A stretch of 64,000 nt of DNA from an uncultured Chloroflexia bacterium. GTDB lineage: Bacteria > Chloroflexota > UBA6077 > JACCZL01. The translations under genes were made by a program, and so were the position numbers. The stretch spans positions 512,001 to 576,000 of the forward strand of contig CAVXYC010000020.1 in assembly GCA_963765765.1 (NCBI GenBank). The letters are read 5' to 3'. Below the pieces are notes generated by a model. The model worked only from the letters and a program-made list of their open reading frames with translations. It ran no database searches and was not told where the DNA came from. This document shows, piece by piece, positions 1-11,149 of this stretch (position 1 is the first letter of the stretch; each line of letters begins with the position of its first letter).

Positions 1-1
1 G

Positions 2-106
2 CAACCTGCACCAGCGGTCGGCGGAGACGTGACCGAGGCATCCATGCAAGTCATGATCAAAGCTCCACCCTCAGTCGTCGAAGTGCTCTCCAAGGCGGGT
101 AGGTGA
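2..106 (+). CDS. 3' end of TctC/Bug-family substrate-binding protein (partial)
   Basis: Frame 2 reads QPAPAVGGDVTEASMQVMIKAPPSVVEVLSKAGR*, 22/34 identical by hand alignment to the C-terminus of the binding protein ending at 4967; lies upstream of tctA. Confidence 0.75.
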   Translation, partial: QPAPAVGGDVTEASMQVMIKAPPSVVEVLSKAGR

Positions 107-213
107 TCCGTCAACGCTCTCCCCCGTTTGGGGCGCACGGCGTCACCGGGGACTCTGAGGGCACGCTCAAACCGGCGAACCAAGCCTGATACCAATGCAC
201 ACCGAGGGCGGAC

Positions 214-2170
214 ATGCTCGAGACCTTTCTGGCTAGCTTTGGCAAGCTTCTCGATCCGCAGGTCATGCTCTTCATGATGATCGGGATCGTCATCGGTATG
301 GTCGTGGGCATTTGCCCGGGCTGGTTCCACCGTGACGATGGCGCTGATGCTGCCGTTCATTTACAGCATGACGCCATACGAGGCTTTTGCCTTCCTGCTG
401 GGCATGTATTCGGTCTGCGCGACCACGGGCGACATCACGTCCGTACTCGTCGGAGTCCCTGGCGAAGCCGTCTCGGCGGCATTGGTCGTGGATGGCTTCG
501 CCATGACGAAAAACGGCGAAGCGGGCCGGCGCTCGGGGCGGCAGTATTCAGCTCGGCGATCGGTGCGTTGATCGGAGCCGCCTTTCTCGCGATCTCCATT
601 CCCGTGATCCGACCGGCGGTCTCTTGCTCGGCCAACCGGAGCTCTTTATGCTCAGCGTGCTAGGCCTGTCCATGGTCGGAGCACTCAGCGGAAGGTCTCT
701 GCTTAAAGGTATCGTCGCCGGCGGTTTCGGGCTCCTGCTGTCTGCAGTAGGAACCGAATCTCAGGTTGGAATCATCCGCTACGCGGGCGAGAATCTCTAT
801 CTGCTCGACGGGCTTCCGCTCATTCCGATCGCAGTCGGGCTGTTGGGCCTCCCAGAGCTCATAAGATCTTCATTGCAAGCGAACCGCCATCGCGCGTCAG
901 GGCCACGTCACCGGTGCCACAGCAATGCAGGGCGTACGCGACACGTTTACCCACTGGTGGCTTGTGGTGCGGTGTAGTCTCATTGGCGTTGTCCTTGGGG
1001 TCATACCGGGCGTGGGTGGCGGGCTCTCCCAGTGGCTCGCTTACGGACACGCCGTACAGAGCTCCAAGGATCCGAATCGATTTGGTAAAGGCGCAGTTGA
1101 GGGTGTGCTCGGGCCTGGGGCTAGCAACAACTCCAAAGGGGCGGCCACCTCATACCCACCGTCGCCTTCGGCGTTCCCGGGAGCGCGGCCATGGCCATCT
1201 TACTGGCCGCCTTCGTCATCATGGGAATTCAACCCGGCCCCAACATGTTGACGCGGAATTTGGACCTGACTTTCTTCCTTGTGTGGGTGCTGGTGGCCGC
1301 CAATCTGATCGGCGTCGCCCTGTCATTCCTGTTCTTGAACCAGCTTGCCAAAATCACGTTCGTGCGCGGAACGCTGCTCGTCCCTTTCATCACCCTGCTT
1401 ATCTTCCTCGGCTCGATGACCGCCACCGGACAGGTTGGCGATCTCGTTGTCACGCTGTTCTTCGGCGCCCTGGCCTGGACGATGCACAAGCTCGGATGGC
1501 CCGTGGTCCCATTGATCCTTGGGTTGGTCCTGGGCGATCGAGCCGAAAACAGCTTGTGGATCAGCAGTCGAATCTTTGGATTCAGTTGGCTTGGACGACC
1601 AATCGTGATCGCGCTCATCATCGTGGCTGTAGCAGCGATCATCTTCACGCTGACGAAAATGCGCCGCGGCGTCCAAATCGACGCGGTCGAGGATCCGCCC
1701 AACCTGAGGATTGCTCGCCTTGGCTTCAGTGTCGCGGTCTTTGCCACGGCAGTAGCGGCGGTCGTCGCGTCACTGGACTGGCCGGTGGCAGCCCGACTCT
1801 TTCCCATTGCCATAGGCAGTGTCACGGCGGTGGCGGCGTTCTTTCAAGTCATCTTCGACATGTTGAACTTAATTAGTGGGAGGAACAGCCAGCCTATCCA
1901 GAACCCGCCGAGAAGGCCGAAGCGTCGCGCGTGGAGAGACGTCGAACCGTCGAGATCTTCGGCTGGATGCTCGGACTCTTCGCGGCGATCTGGGCCGTCG
2001 GCTTCACATTTCTGGTGGCGCCGTTCATCCTGCTCTACCTTAAGCTCTCCGCCCAGGAGAAGTGGAAGACCGCACTCATCGCAGCTGGCGTCACGGGCCT
2101 GATTTACTGGGTGTTCTTCGACATGTTCTTGAATGTCTCAACGCCATCCGGTGCGTTGATTCCCTGGTAG
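214..2170 (+). CDS. tctA: TctA-family tripartite tricarboxylate transporter permease with fused C-terminal TctB-like domain (frameshifted)
   Basis: TctA motifs spread over ORFs 214, 332, 624, 925, 1191: VGVPGE..ALVVDGFAMTKNGEAG, GVIPGVGG, FGKGAVEGVLGPGASNN, GIQPGP; TctB-like tail AARLFPIAIG...LYLKL...FLNVSTPSG. Confidence 0.85.
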
Positions 2171-2269
2171 CGGAGCTCGCGAGAGAATCCCAAGCATAGA
2201 TCACAAAGGATAGTCCCCGCCCCAACTAAGGTACGGGGGCTTTACTAAATCTGATGAGGATTGATGAGA

Positions 2270-3473
2270 TCAGGCCGTGGCATCTCCCGGAGTCCGAACC
2301 TCTGGCAAGTTCACTTCATCCTTCAGGTGGAAGAACTCGATGCAGTTACCCTTGACCATCTTCTGGACCTCGTCCTCGGGAATGCCGCGGAAGTTCTCCT
2401 CCATGCTCTTGAGCGAGTTTGGCCAATCGGTCTCGCCGTGCGGCATATCGGACGCCCACATCACGCGATCCACGGGGCCCTCGTGATGAACCGCCCGCAC
2501 ACCCACCGGATTCCAGAGGAAACCCCAGTAGACGTGCTCCTTGATGTACTCGCTGGGCATGCGATCGAGCGGTTTCAGTCCGAGTAACTTGTCCGCCCAG
2601 CGATAGTGCCGCTGGTAGTGGTTGTCCATCTGCTCGAAAAAGTTCGGCAGCCAGCCGATCTGCGTCTCAGCTACATAGAGCTTAAACGTGGGAAATCGAT
2701 CAAAAACGCCGAACCAGAGAAGCTGGACCGCATGGATACTGCCGCGGAAGCCGTACTTGCCAAAACGCAGGATGACGTCGTTCTCGCCGTCCTCAGGCGC
2801 TCGCTCGTACTCGAACATCTTGCCGCGTCCGCCGTATGTACCGGATGGGAAAGCCAAAGTCTACGTGGATTGTGATCGGCATCTCGAGATCAACAGCCGC
2901 CGCCCAGAATCGATCGTCATCCTTGGTTGGGAATGACTTACCACTTGGGAAGGAGTTGAGCGTCACGCCAACAAGACCGAGCTCCTTACACTTCTTGAGC
3001 TCTGCGATGGCGGCGTCGACACCAATCTCGGGAATGACGCCAAGTCCAAGAATCGATCGGGAAATGCCGGGCAATACTCCTCACCCAGATACTCGTTGAA
3101 CGCGCGAACAACTGAGCAGTAGGCCTCGTCGTTACGAATACCGCGCCAGAGGTTCGGACCGGACACACCGGTGAACATGATCTCGGCGTCGATTCCATCC
3201 TGGTCCTGCTCACCGGACGCGCTGATCCGGCAGTCCTGTGCCAGGCGTTTCGGCGTAAGTCCCGCCGATGGTCAGACGCTCCCAGCCGCGCGTGCCGAAA
3301 TTGAGCCCGAGCACGTTCAGCGGCCGTCCTTCCACCATCAGCGCCTCGCCCATTGGGATTTTGATTGTGCGCGGCGCTCGGTCTCGATGCTTCGCGGGAA
3401 CTCTATCCGTCCAGCGCTCGGGCGGGATCTCGAGATGCGAGTCGGCGGAAATGTATCGATACGGACGGCCCAT
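2270..3473 (-). CDS. Amidohydrolase_2 family metal-dependent hydrolase (frameshifted)
   Basis: ISADSHLE N-terminus after a GGAG RBS, RAFNEYLGEEYC, PITIH, VAETQIGWLP, MWASDMPH; pieces in ORFs 3210, 2963, 2793, 2270. Confidence 0.85.
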
Positions 3474-3727
3474 GTCTCCTCCTCGGCACTCAGCCTCTGC
3501 TGACCTTGAGTTAACTGTCACGCTGGCCGGGATCATAGGTCGGGTGCCGATGAGCGTCAAGCGAGGCCATGGGGTACGGCGTAGATGAGTCGTACGAGTA
3601 CTCCACGGTTCAACCCTTTGTTTGTGGCGCTGAAAAATCGGCGATATACTGCCCGCCATCGACCGGAAGGCAATCAGGGCGCTGGCAGACGGAACACAGT
3701 GCGGATTGCTGCTGAGGGAGCCATTAC

Positions 3728-4967
3728 GTGCGACTGTCATTCTGGGTCTCTGTAGTCTCAACTGCGTTGCTAACACTGGCCTGCTCGCCCACGACACCGT
3801 CACCCACTGCCGCCCCGGCAAAACCGACGGCCGCGGCCGGCGCGCACCCGCCGCGTCCCCGGCTGCCGCGTCCTCACCCGCTGCCGCGGCATCGCCTGGT
3901 GCGGCAGCGTCTCCGGCTGCTGCAGGCGCCTCAACTGGCGGGGCGCCCGCCGCGTCAGCAAGCAAACCGGCTGTCGCGCCGGACTACTCGTTCTACGCGG
4001 GCAAAACCGTACGAATCCTGGTGCCCTTCGCGCCGGGCGGCGGGCAGGATATCACCGCGCGCCTGTTTGCCAGCAAATGGGGCGACTTCTTTCCTAGCAA
4101 ACCCAACTTTATCGTCGAGAACATGCCTGGCGCGGGCGGCGCCGTGGCCATGCGGGACTTGATGGAAAAGAAAGCGCCAGACGGACTTACGCTGATTCTG
4201 CCCGGATCCGGGGTTGCATTGCGATGGTTCCTCAAGGAGCAGGGTCACACCTACCCAATGGAAAAGATGCGTGCGATCGGGGCGCTTCCATCCGGACCCG
4301 TAAACGTGGTTCGGACGGACGCGGGAGATTCACTCGAAAAGCTGATCGGGCGAGATAAGCCATTGCGCAGCGGCCACAACGCGCCGGCGCGCTTGGACCA
4401 GTCGACGGCGCCTTGATGATGCGCATGTTGGGTGTGCCCATGGACTTCATCTACGGATTCGAGGGATACGGGGAGGTCGCCATCGCCGTGGAGCGCGGTG
4501 AGATCGAAAACTCGTCTCCTGGCATTCCTGGCTACCTCCAGACGTGGATACCAATGGCGGAGAGTAAGATGATCTATCCGCTATTCCAGCTTGGACAGCT
4601 CAACGAGAAGGGTGAGGTGGTGCGCAGTCCAATGCTCCCAAATGTCCCCACCGGATATGAGGAGTACAAGCGAGTTAAGCGCACCGAGCCATCAGGCGAG
4701 GACTGGGAAGCCTACAAGGTCCTGATCGGTATGAGTGCGCTGAACGGCGCAGTGCTGACTCATCCGGACTTACCCGCCGAGCGACTTTCCGCCCTTCTTG
4801 ATAGCTTCAAAAAGATGATCTCCGATCCGTCATGGGAGCCGGAGACGGTCAGAGTCCTGGGTGCGCCTACGCCGGCCGTCACCGGGGACGTTTCCGAGGC
4901 GTCTATGCAGGTAATGACCGAGGCGCCGGCCTCGGTCGTGGACTTACTCTTACAGGCCGGCAAGTAA
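3728..4967 (+). CDS. tctC: TctC/Bug-family substrate-binding lipoprotein (frameshifted)
   Basis: Lipobox LTLAC, Ala/Pro linker, GKTVRILVPFAPGGGQDITAR, VENMPGAGG, AVERGEIE. Confidence 0.85.
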
Positions 4968-5040
4968 TCGCCGGGCTCGATCTTCATAACTACACTATTC
5001 CCTCACAGGTTCAAAGGGAGCCCTGCTATAGTGCCCACCC

Positions 5041-7278
5041 ATGACGGGCGACATGCGGAGCGAATTTAACTGGCACGAACCGCCGTCCGCGGATCGAGTT
5101 GACGGTGCCGAGAAGGTCACCGGCGCTGCACAGTTCGCCGCCGACGTGGCGCGGCCGGGCCTGCTTCTCGCCAGGGTCCTGCGAAGCCCCCACCCTCACG
5201 CGCGGATTGTACAGATCGACGCGAGTAGAGCGAGAGCGCTGCCTGGCGTGCATGCTGTACTCACTGGGCAAGATCTGGCTGACTACCGCATCGGGCGTGC
5301 AATGCGCGACATGCCGCTCCTGGCGCATGACAAGGTTCGCTTTATTGGCGAGAAAGTCGCGGCAGTCGCGGCCGAGGATGCGGAAATAGCCGAAGCCGCT
5401 TGCGCGCTGATCGACATCGAATACGAAGAGCTGCCTGCTGTATTCGATCCGCTTGCGGCTATCCAACACGCCGCGCCGATGGTCCACGACCCTGATCTCG
5501 TTCGGGCCTGGAAGACACCCACGCAGGTCGTGGCCGATTATCCAAACAGCGTCTCGATGCCCACGTGGGGCAATACGGTCGAAGAGCTCCAGCAGGAGTT
5601 TCTGCACTGCGCACACGTGTTTGAGCACACTTTCCATACGCCCAATCAGCACCAGGGTTACCTGGAGCCCCACACGGCCACCGTCGAGATCGACGAGCAA
5701 GGACGCGCCCACTTCTGGGCGTCCAATAAGGCGCCATTCCTGCTGTTCAACTACCTCAAGGACAGCATGGGACTCACGCGCAACGAGATAGAGTTCCACA
5801 TGCAGCCACTCGGAGGCGACTTCGGCGGTAAGGGCTCGTTCATGGACATCCCACTGGCGTACTTCCTGGCTAAGGCCGCTGGCCGTCCGGTGCGAATCAC
5901 CATGTCGTACGCCGAGGAGCTCATCGCCGGAAACCCGCGGCACGCCTGCACCATCGTCGTCAAGAGCGGTTTCGATGCCGATGGTCGAATTCGGGCCCGC
6001 TATACGCGGGCGTACTTCAACAGTGGTGCATACGCGGCATTCAAGCCAGCGCCCGACGCCACCCTACCCAACATCCGTGATGGTGGCATGGGCACATACG
6101 AGCCACCAGTCTGGCGGGTGGAAGGGCACATGATCTACACGAACACCGTTCCGTGTGGTCACATGCGCGCCCCGGGCGACGCCCAACCCTACCACGCACA
6201 GGAATGCCACATGGACCTGTGCGCACGGGCCATGGGCATTGATCCGCTGGCGTTGCGTTTCCGCAACGCCACCCATGACCGACGCGATCGATTCAAAGGC
6301 GGCTCCGGTGGAGGCGCGCCGCCACGAGCGACCGAAGTACTCCAGATGGCAGCGGAAGCCATTGACTGGGCTGCTCCGCGAGCCGAGGGCGTGGGACGCG
6401 GAATCGCCCTGGTTGGCATCGGCAACAGCGTTGGCATCTATAGCGCCGAGATCGTCGTCGAACGCGACGGGACCGTCGTGATGCGAACTCCGATGATGGA
6501 AAACGGTGCGGGACAGCTTACAGCGTTTCAACAGCTTACGGCCGAGGAATTCGGCGTGCCCCTGAGTCAAGTCCGCGTTGAGCAATCGCTCGAGAACATC
6601 GAGTTCGATCGGGGACTCGGCGGAAGTCGGATTACCCGAATGACCGGGAAGATTATCAACATCATCCATACGACGCTACGTAAGCGCCTGGCCGAACTTC
6701 TGGCGGCTGAGCTTGGTGTAACCGCTGAGGTGATCATCTCCGAGCCCGGCGGGTTTCGATCACCCGACGGCAGTTTTCACAGCCTCGCCGACGTCGCGGA
6801 TCTCTCCCCTGAGCCACTCTCCGAAGTGCTTAAGTACGAAGGCGCCAACGAGGATAAGGTGGAAGCATTTGCCGCGCAGGCGGTGGAAGTTCACGTGGAT
6901 CGCGAGACGGGCGACGTAAAGGTCCTTCGCGCAGTCACGGCCCACGAGCTTGGCCGCGTGATCAACCCGCTCCAGCACCAGGGTCAGATCGATGGCGCTC
7001 TGTTGCAAGGGTTCGGGTACGCGATGACCGAAGGGCTCGTTGTGGAGGACGGGCGCGTCGTGAACGCGGGACTCCATGAGTACAAACTGCCATCGATCGC
7101 GGACCTGCCGCCGCTCGAAACCTACAAGCTCCCACCTGACTTAAGGCTGGGCATCACGCCCATAGGCGAAGGCGCGAACTGTGGGATGTCCGCCGCGATC
7201 GTGAATGCCATCATCGACGTGGTTGGCCAGCAGGTGGAGATTCCCGTCAGCGCCGAAGCGATACGGAACCTACGGTAA
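5041..7278 (+). CDS. Xanthine dehydrogenase-family molybdopterin-binding large subunit
   Basis: Intact 745 aa ORF; KVTGAAQF, RSPHPHARI, GGDFGGKG, GQIDGALLQGFGYA motifs. Confidence 0.92.
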   Translation: MTGDMRSEFNWHEPPSADRVDGAEKVTGAAQFAADVARPGLLLARVLRSPHPHARIVQIDASRARALPGVHAVLTGQDLADYRIGRAMRDMPLLAHDKVRFIGEKVAAVAAEDAEIAEAACALIDIEYEELPAVFDPLAAIQHAAPMVHDPDLVRAWKTPTQVVADYPNSVSMPTWGNTVEELQQEFLHCAHVFEHTFHTPNQHQGYLEPHTATVEIDEQGRAHFWASNKAPFLLFNYLKDSMGLTRNEIEFHMQPLGGDFGGKGSFMDIPLAYFLAKAAGRPVRITMSYAEELIAGNPRHACTIVVKSGFDADGRIRARYTRAYFNSGAYAAFKPAPDATLPNIRDGGMGTYEPPVWRVEGHMIYTNTVPCGHMRAPGDAQPYHAQECHMDLCARAMGIDPLALRFRNATHDRRDRFKGGSGGGAPPRATEVLQMAAEAIDWAAPRAEGVGRGIALVGIGNSVGIYSAEIVVERDGTVVMRTPMMENGAGQLTAFQQLTAEEFGVPLSQVRVEQSLENIEFDRGLGGSRITRMTGKIINIIHTTLRKRLAELLAAELGVTAEVIISEPGGFRSPDGSFHSLADVADLSPEPLSEVLKYEGANEDKVEAFAAQAVEVHVDRETGDVKVLRAVTAHELGRVINPLQHQGQIDGALLQGFGYAMTEGLVVEDGRVVNAGLHEYKLPSIADLPPLETYKLPPDLRLGITPIGEGANCGMSAAIVNAIIDVVGQQVEIPVSAEAIRNLR

Positions 7279-7345
7279 GCTCGTAGAGAGCGGCGGAGGA
7301 ATGTGTAGCGCGGGGCACAAGACCCATAGGAGTACGCACCTTTCA

Positions 7346-8845
7346 TCACGGAGGCGTCACACTGGGGATTAGGCAGCCTTCGGCAGGGTCGTGCGCGGAG
7401 CGGGTCGTTCGAACGGGATGATGGCGGCAGGTGCCTGGTCCAGGACGTCCGACAGCGTGGTCAGATACGCGGTGATCCAGTTCTTGATCGCCGGATCCGG
7501 GCTCTCGAGTACGCACCGGCCGCGCCACCACCAACTCAGTCGATCCGTCGTTGCCCACCCCTCCAGGGCCTCCCGCACCGCCGCCGGGGTTCCCGTGGCA
7601 CTGAGTCCCAGCCCCAGTCCGATCTGGACCAGCGCCCCGAGCGCCCAGAAGCCCACGAGCGCATCCACCTCCGGTGCGTGCGTACAGCGTCCGACCACGC
7701 GGTCGAAGTGCCAGCCATGCTGCCCATCCCAGCCGCCCTGCAGATCCCGATAGGTCCCTTCGATGGCCCAGCGCTGCCCATACTGCGCCACCGCCACCAG
7801 CGGATTCACGGCGGTGGTGAACACCACCAGCCATTCGTCCCGACTCGCACCCTGGGATGTGCCGGCCCGTGTGTGTTCCTGGTGCTTCCGCCGCCGGGCG
7901 CCTTTCCGCGCGCGCTCGGCGAGGCTGGCCGGCCCGCGCTGGTGCGACGGCACCACCGCCAGCTCCCGTCCGGCGATCACCATCCAGCCGGTCACCGCCT
8001 CGGCGCCCGCACCGAACGCCACCCGCTGGATGGTGATCGCCGTGGGATCCGCGGCGTCCAGCAGCAGTCCGACCCGGCGGCACTGCCCGTCCGCCAGCGT
8101 TACCGCGTGGCGCGCCTGCAGCCGCACCGTCCAGTCCGCGCCGCCCTGCTGGAGCGTGCGGAAGAAGCTCTTGGCCGGAAACGCCCGATCCGCCACCAGA
8201 CACACGCGCACCCCCACCGGCCACGATCGCAGCAGGCGCGTCACCAGCCCATCGACGGTCGGGCGAAATCGGCCGCGCGGCCACGGATAGGGCAGCACCG
8301 CCCAGGCCAGCGGGATCGCCCGGCCCGGCACCACCAACCCGATGGTGAAGATCTCCCACGGTCCACAGCGCACGCTATCGAGCGCCACGAGCCAGGGAAC
8401 GCCCGGCGCCGGGGCGTGACCGGCCTGGTGCACCCAGGCCAACGCGGCAAAGATCAGGAACGGACTGAGCGCTCCGGAGGTCAACCCAGACCGGGTGCAG
8501 AGCGCGGCGGACGCTGCCAAAGCGATGCCGCGCGGCACGGGCACAGGGGGCCGGCAAGATCCGGATCACGGCACTCGGACGCCGGTCCTGAGCCACCAGC
8601 AGGGTGGCCAGCACGGGTGCCACCGCGGTCCGTGCGGTGGCGTGGCTGATGAGCCGACTGGACTGGAGCAGCCGCTCCAGCAGCGGGTACAGTTCGGTGG
8701 GCGTGAGCATCAGGGGACTCTCCCGGTTTCCACGGTGTGGATCGAAGACCCCCATGGTGCCGAAGACCTCCGACTCACCGCCCGCTGTTTTTCCCCCAAC
8801 GCAGCCTGTTCACCCGCTCCACAGCTGCTCGTGACGCGCCTGTGA
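7346..8845 (-). mobile_element. IS4-superfamily insertion sequence
   Basis: Imperfect terminal inverted repeats TCACGGAGGCGTCAC (7346-7360) and GTGACGCGCCTGTGA (8831-8845), 12/15 match, enclosing a DDE transposase; no target duplication seen. Confidence 0.7.
7369..8710 (-). CDS. IS4-like DDE transposase (frameshifted near 5' end)
   Basis: LVALD, CLVADRAF and YGQRWAIEGTYRDLQ (YREK-like) motifs; N-terminus MLTPTELYP in the frame of ORF 8375..8755. Confidence 0.8.
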
Positions 8846-8938
8846 CCAAACCGGCGCACTCCTATGGCACACGACCCCCGCGCTACCGACATCATCTGAG
8901 CCGACTCAGACTGCCGCGCATCATGGAGCCCCGCAAGT

Positions 8939-9682
8939 ATGCAATCGTCGCCACTCATCTACACCGATTACGCCGACTGGTATCACCTCTTCACCGCTCC
9001 AGAGGAGTACGACGAAGAGGAAGCAATCTACAGCGGCGCAATCATTGCCGCGTCGAGTACGACGCCCAGGACACTCCTGGATCTTGGCTGTGGGGGTGGG
9101 AATCTCGCCTGGCACTACAAGCACCGCTTCCAGGCCACGCTCACCGATATCTCCGCCGACATCCTGGAGCAGAGTAAATCGATCAATCCTGAGTGCGAGC
9201 ACCTGATCGGCGACATGCGCACGCTACGCCTCGGCCGCACTTTCGACGCGGTGCTCGTGCACGACTCCGTGATGTACATGACCACCGAGCAGGACCTGCG
9301 TCAGGCCATGGAGACCGCGTTTGTTCACACCCGACCGGGTGGCGTGGCACTCTTCGCCCCTGACTGCGTTCGTGACACCTTCAAGTCACGGACAGACCAT
9401 GGCGGAAACGACGGCGAGGGGCGAGCCGTTCGCTATCTGGAGTGGACTGGGGATGATGACCCGACCGACACAATCATCGAGACCGACTTCGTGCTCATCC
9501 TGCGTGAGGATGGACAGCCTCCTAGAACGGTTCACGATCGTCACATTGAAGGTCTCTTCTCGCGAGCAGAGTGGATGGAGTGGTTGGCGGAAGCAGGATT
9601 CCAACCAACGGTACACTCGTTGATTCACAGCGACGTGGAGCCAGGGACAGTGGAGTTCTTCGTCGCTGTGCGGCCGAACTAG
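8939..9682 (+). CDS. Class I SAM-dependent methyltransferase
   Basis: LLDLGCGGG motif I, GDMRTLRLGRTFDAV. Confidence 0.9.
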   Translation: MQSSPLIYTDYADWYHLFTAPEEYDEEEAIYSGAIIAASSTTPRTLLDLGCGGGNLAWHYKHRFQATLTDISADILEQSKSINPECEHLIGDMRTLRLGRTFDAVLVHDSVMYMTTEQDLRQAMETAFVHTRPGGVALFAPDCVRDTFKSRTDHGGNDGEGRAVRYLEWTGDDDPTDTIIETDFVLILREDGQPPRTVHDRHIEGLFSRAEWMEWLAEAGFQPTVHSLIHSDVEPGTVEFFVAVRPN

Positions 9683-9715
9683 TTGCCTGATACTCGAAAC
9701 GCGGGCCTGACCAAC

Positions 9716-10220
9716 TTACGACCTGATCTCTTCGGTCGATCGCAGTCTCTCAGCCGCGTCCAGCACCGCATCGACGATCTTGACGTAGCTTCCGCAGCGG
9801 CACAAATTGCCGGCCAGATATTCGCGTATCTCATCGACAGATGGCGCCGGATTCTCCTCGAGTAGGGCTTTGGTTGTGAGAATGAAACCGGGCGTGCAGT
9901 ACGAGCACTGGAATGCGGTGTGATCCACGAACGCTTGCTGAATTGGATGAAGCCCACCTGCATCACCGAGCCCCTCGATTGTGATGATGTCCAAATCCTC
10001 CGAGAGACTCGCTAAGCATGAGGCACGCGCTCATCGGTTTCCCGTTGACTATCACCGTGCACGCACCGCACATCCCGATGCCGCATCCCTCTCGAGCGCC
10101 GAACAGCTTCAGCTCACGTCGAAGGACGTCCAGCAGCGTCTCATCGAGCCCCACCGTCACTGAATGGGCAGTGCCGTTCACGCGAAGCTGAACGGTGGAC
10201 CGCATATCAGAGAGCGTCAT
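9716..10220 (-). CDS. (2Fe-2S)-binding small subunit of molybdenum hydroxylase, CoxS/CutS type (frameshifted)
   Basis: GCGIGMCGACTV, TIEGL, QCSYCTPG, GNLCRCGSY; ATG overlaps the stop of the FAD subunit. Confidence 0.9.
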
Positions 10221-11074
10221 ACTGCCGTCACCTGCTGAAGTGCGCGTCGAACGAAGACTCGAATCATCTCCTTGCGGTACCAAGATGAGCCCCGCAAGTC
10301 TGAAAGTGGGTCAATCTCAACGGCATATCGCTCGGCAATCTCGCTTATCAGCTCACCGGTCATCTGCTGGCCCAATCCTATTCGTTCCGCGGACGGAACC
10401 TCCCGCGGAGTCTCGTCCACCGCGCCCACGACTACACGAAGATCAGTGCAGAGACCATTAGCATTCTGATCCACAATTGCGCAGACGCCAACGCATGGAC
10501 GATCCTCTGACGACCGAGTGGTGAACTTCAGATAGGTCGCACGGGCTGTCGGTGCGAGCGGCGGAATCACGATGTCGGTCAAAAGCTCGTCCGCAGCCAG
10601 ACTTGTCTCAAAGAAACCTGTGAATAACTCGCTGAGTGGAATTTCTCGACGCCGATTCGGTCCAATCACACAAGCCCGCGCGCGGAGCGCAACGAGCACG
10701 GACGGCGGGTCGGACGCGTAGTCGGCTTCCGTCACGTTCCCCCCCACGGTGGCGGCGTTACGGATACGCACGTTTGCAACTTGATGGTACGTGTCGGACA
10801 ACGCTGGGAGGCGCTCGCGAACGAGCGGCGAGTGCTCAGCATCAGCCAGGGTGATCAAAGCGCCAAGCTTGACGGAGCCATCTTCTGTCGTTCCGATATC
10901 ATCCAGGCCTGAGACGCGGGCCAAACTGATAAGTACTTCCGGGGCAATCAGCCGGTTTTGTAGCATCAGCACGACCGCCGTCCCACCAGCGACTACCTTT
11001 GCCCCGTCGCCATGCTGCACTAGAGCAGCCACCGCCTCTTCGAGGGTCTCGGGCTTAAGCACCAGGCTAACCAT
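10217..11074 (-). CDS. FAD-binding medium subunit of molybdenum hydroxylase, CoxM type
   Basis: AGGT, IRNAATVGGN, DLRGSSWYR motifs. Confidence 0.9.
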   Translation of the reverse strand: MVSLVLKPETLEEAVAALVQHGDGAKVVAGGTAVVLMLQNRLIAPEVLISLARVSGLDDIGTTEDGSVKLGALITLADAEHSPLVRERLPALSDTYHQVANVRIRNAATVGGNVTEADYASDPPSVLVALRARACVIGPNRRREIPLSELFTGFFETSLAADELLTDIVIPPLAPTARATYLKFTTRSSEDRPCVGVCAIVDQNANGLCTDLRVVVGAVDETPREVPSAERIGLGQQMTGELISEIAERYAVEIDPLSDLRGSSWYRKEMIRVFVRRALQQVTAV

Positions 11075-11149
11075 CAGTGGCGCCGCTCCCACAATTCCAC
11101 GGATTGACCGCGACTGCCACCGGTTGTCTCCGACCTTGAATGCCAACGT

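Larger units (their letters stand above)
7305..8886. repeat. GTAG-initial REP-like inverted repeat pair bracketing the IS
   Basis: GTAGCGCGGGG (7305-7315) pairs with CCCCGCGCTAC (8876-8886); CCATAGGAGTACGC (7324-7337) pairs with GCGCACTCCTATGG (8854-8867), 1 mismatch. Confidence 0.6.

Noticed and set aside
3820-3965. AASP-type repeats as a DNA repeat element
   Set aside because: Ordinary low-complexity lipoprotein linker.
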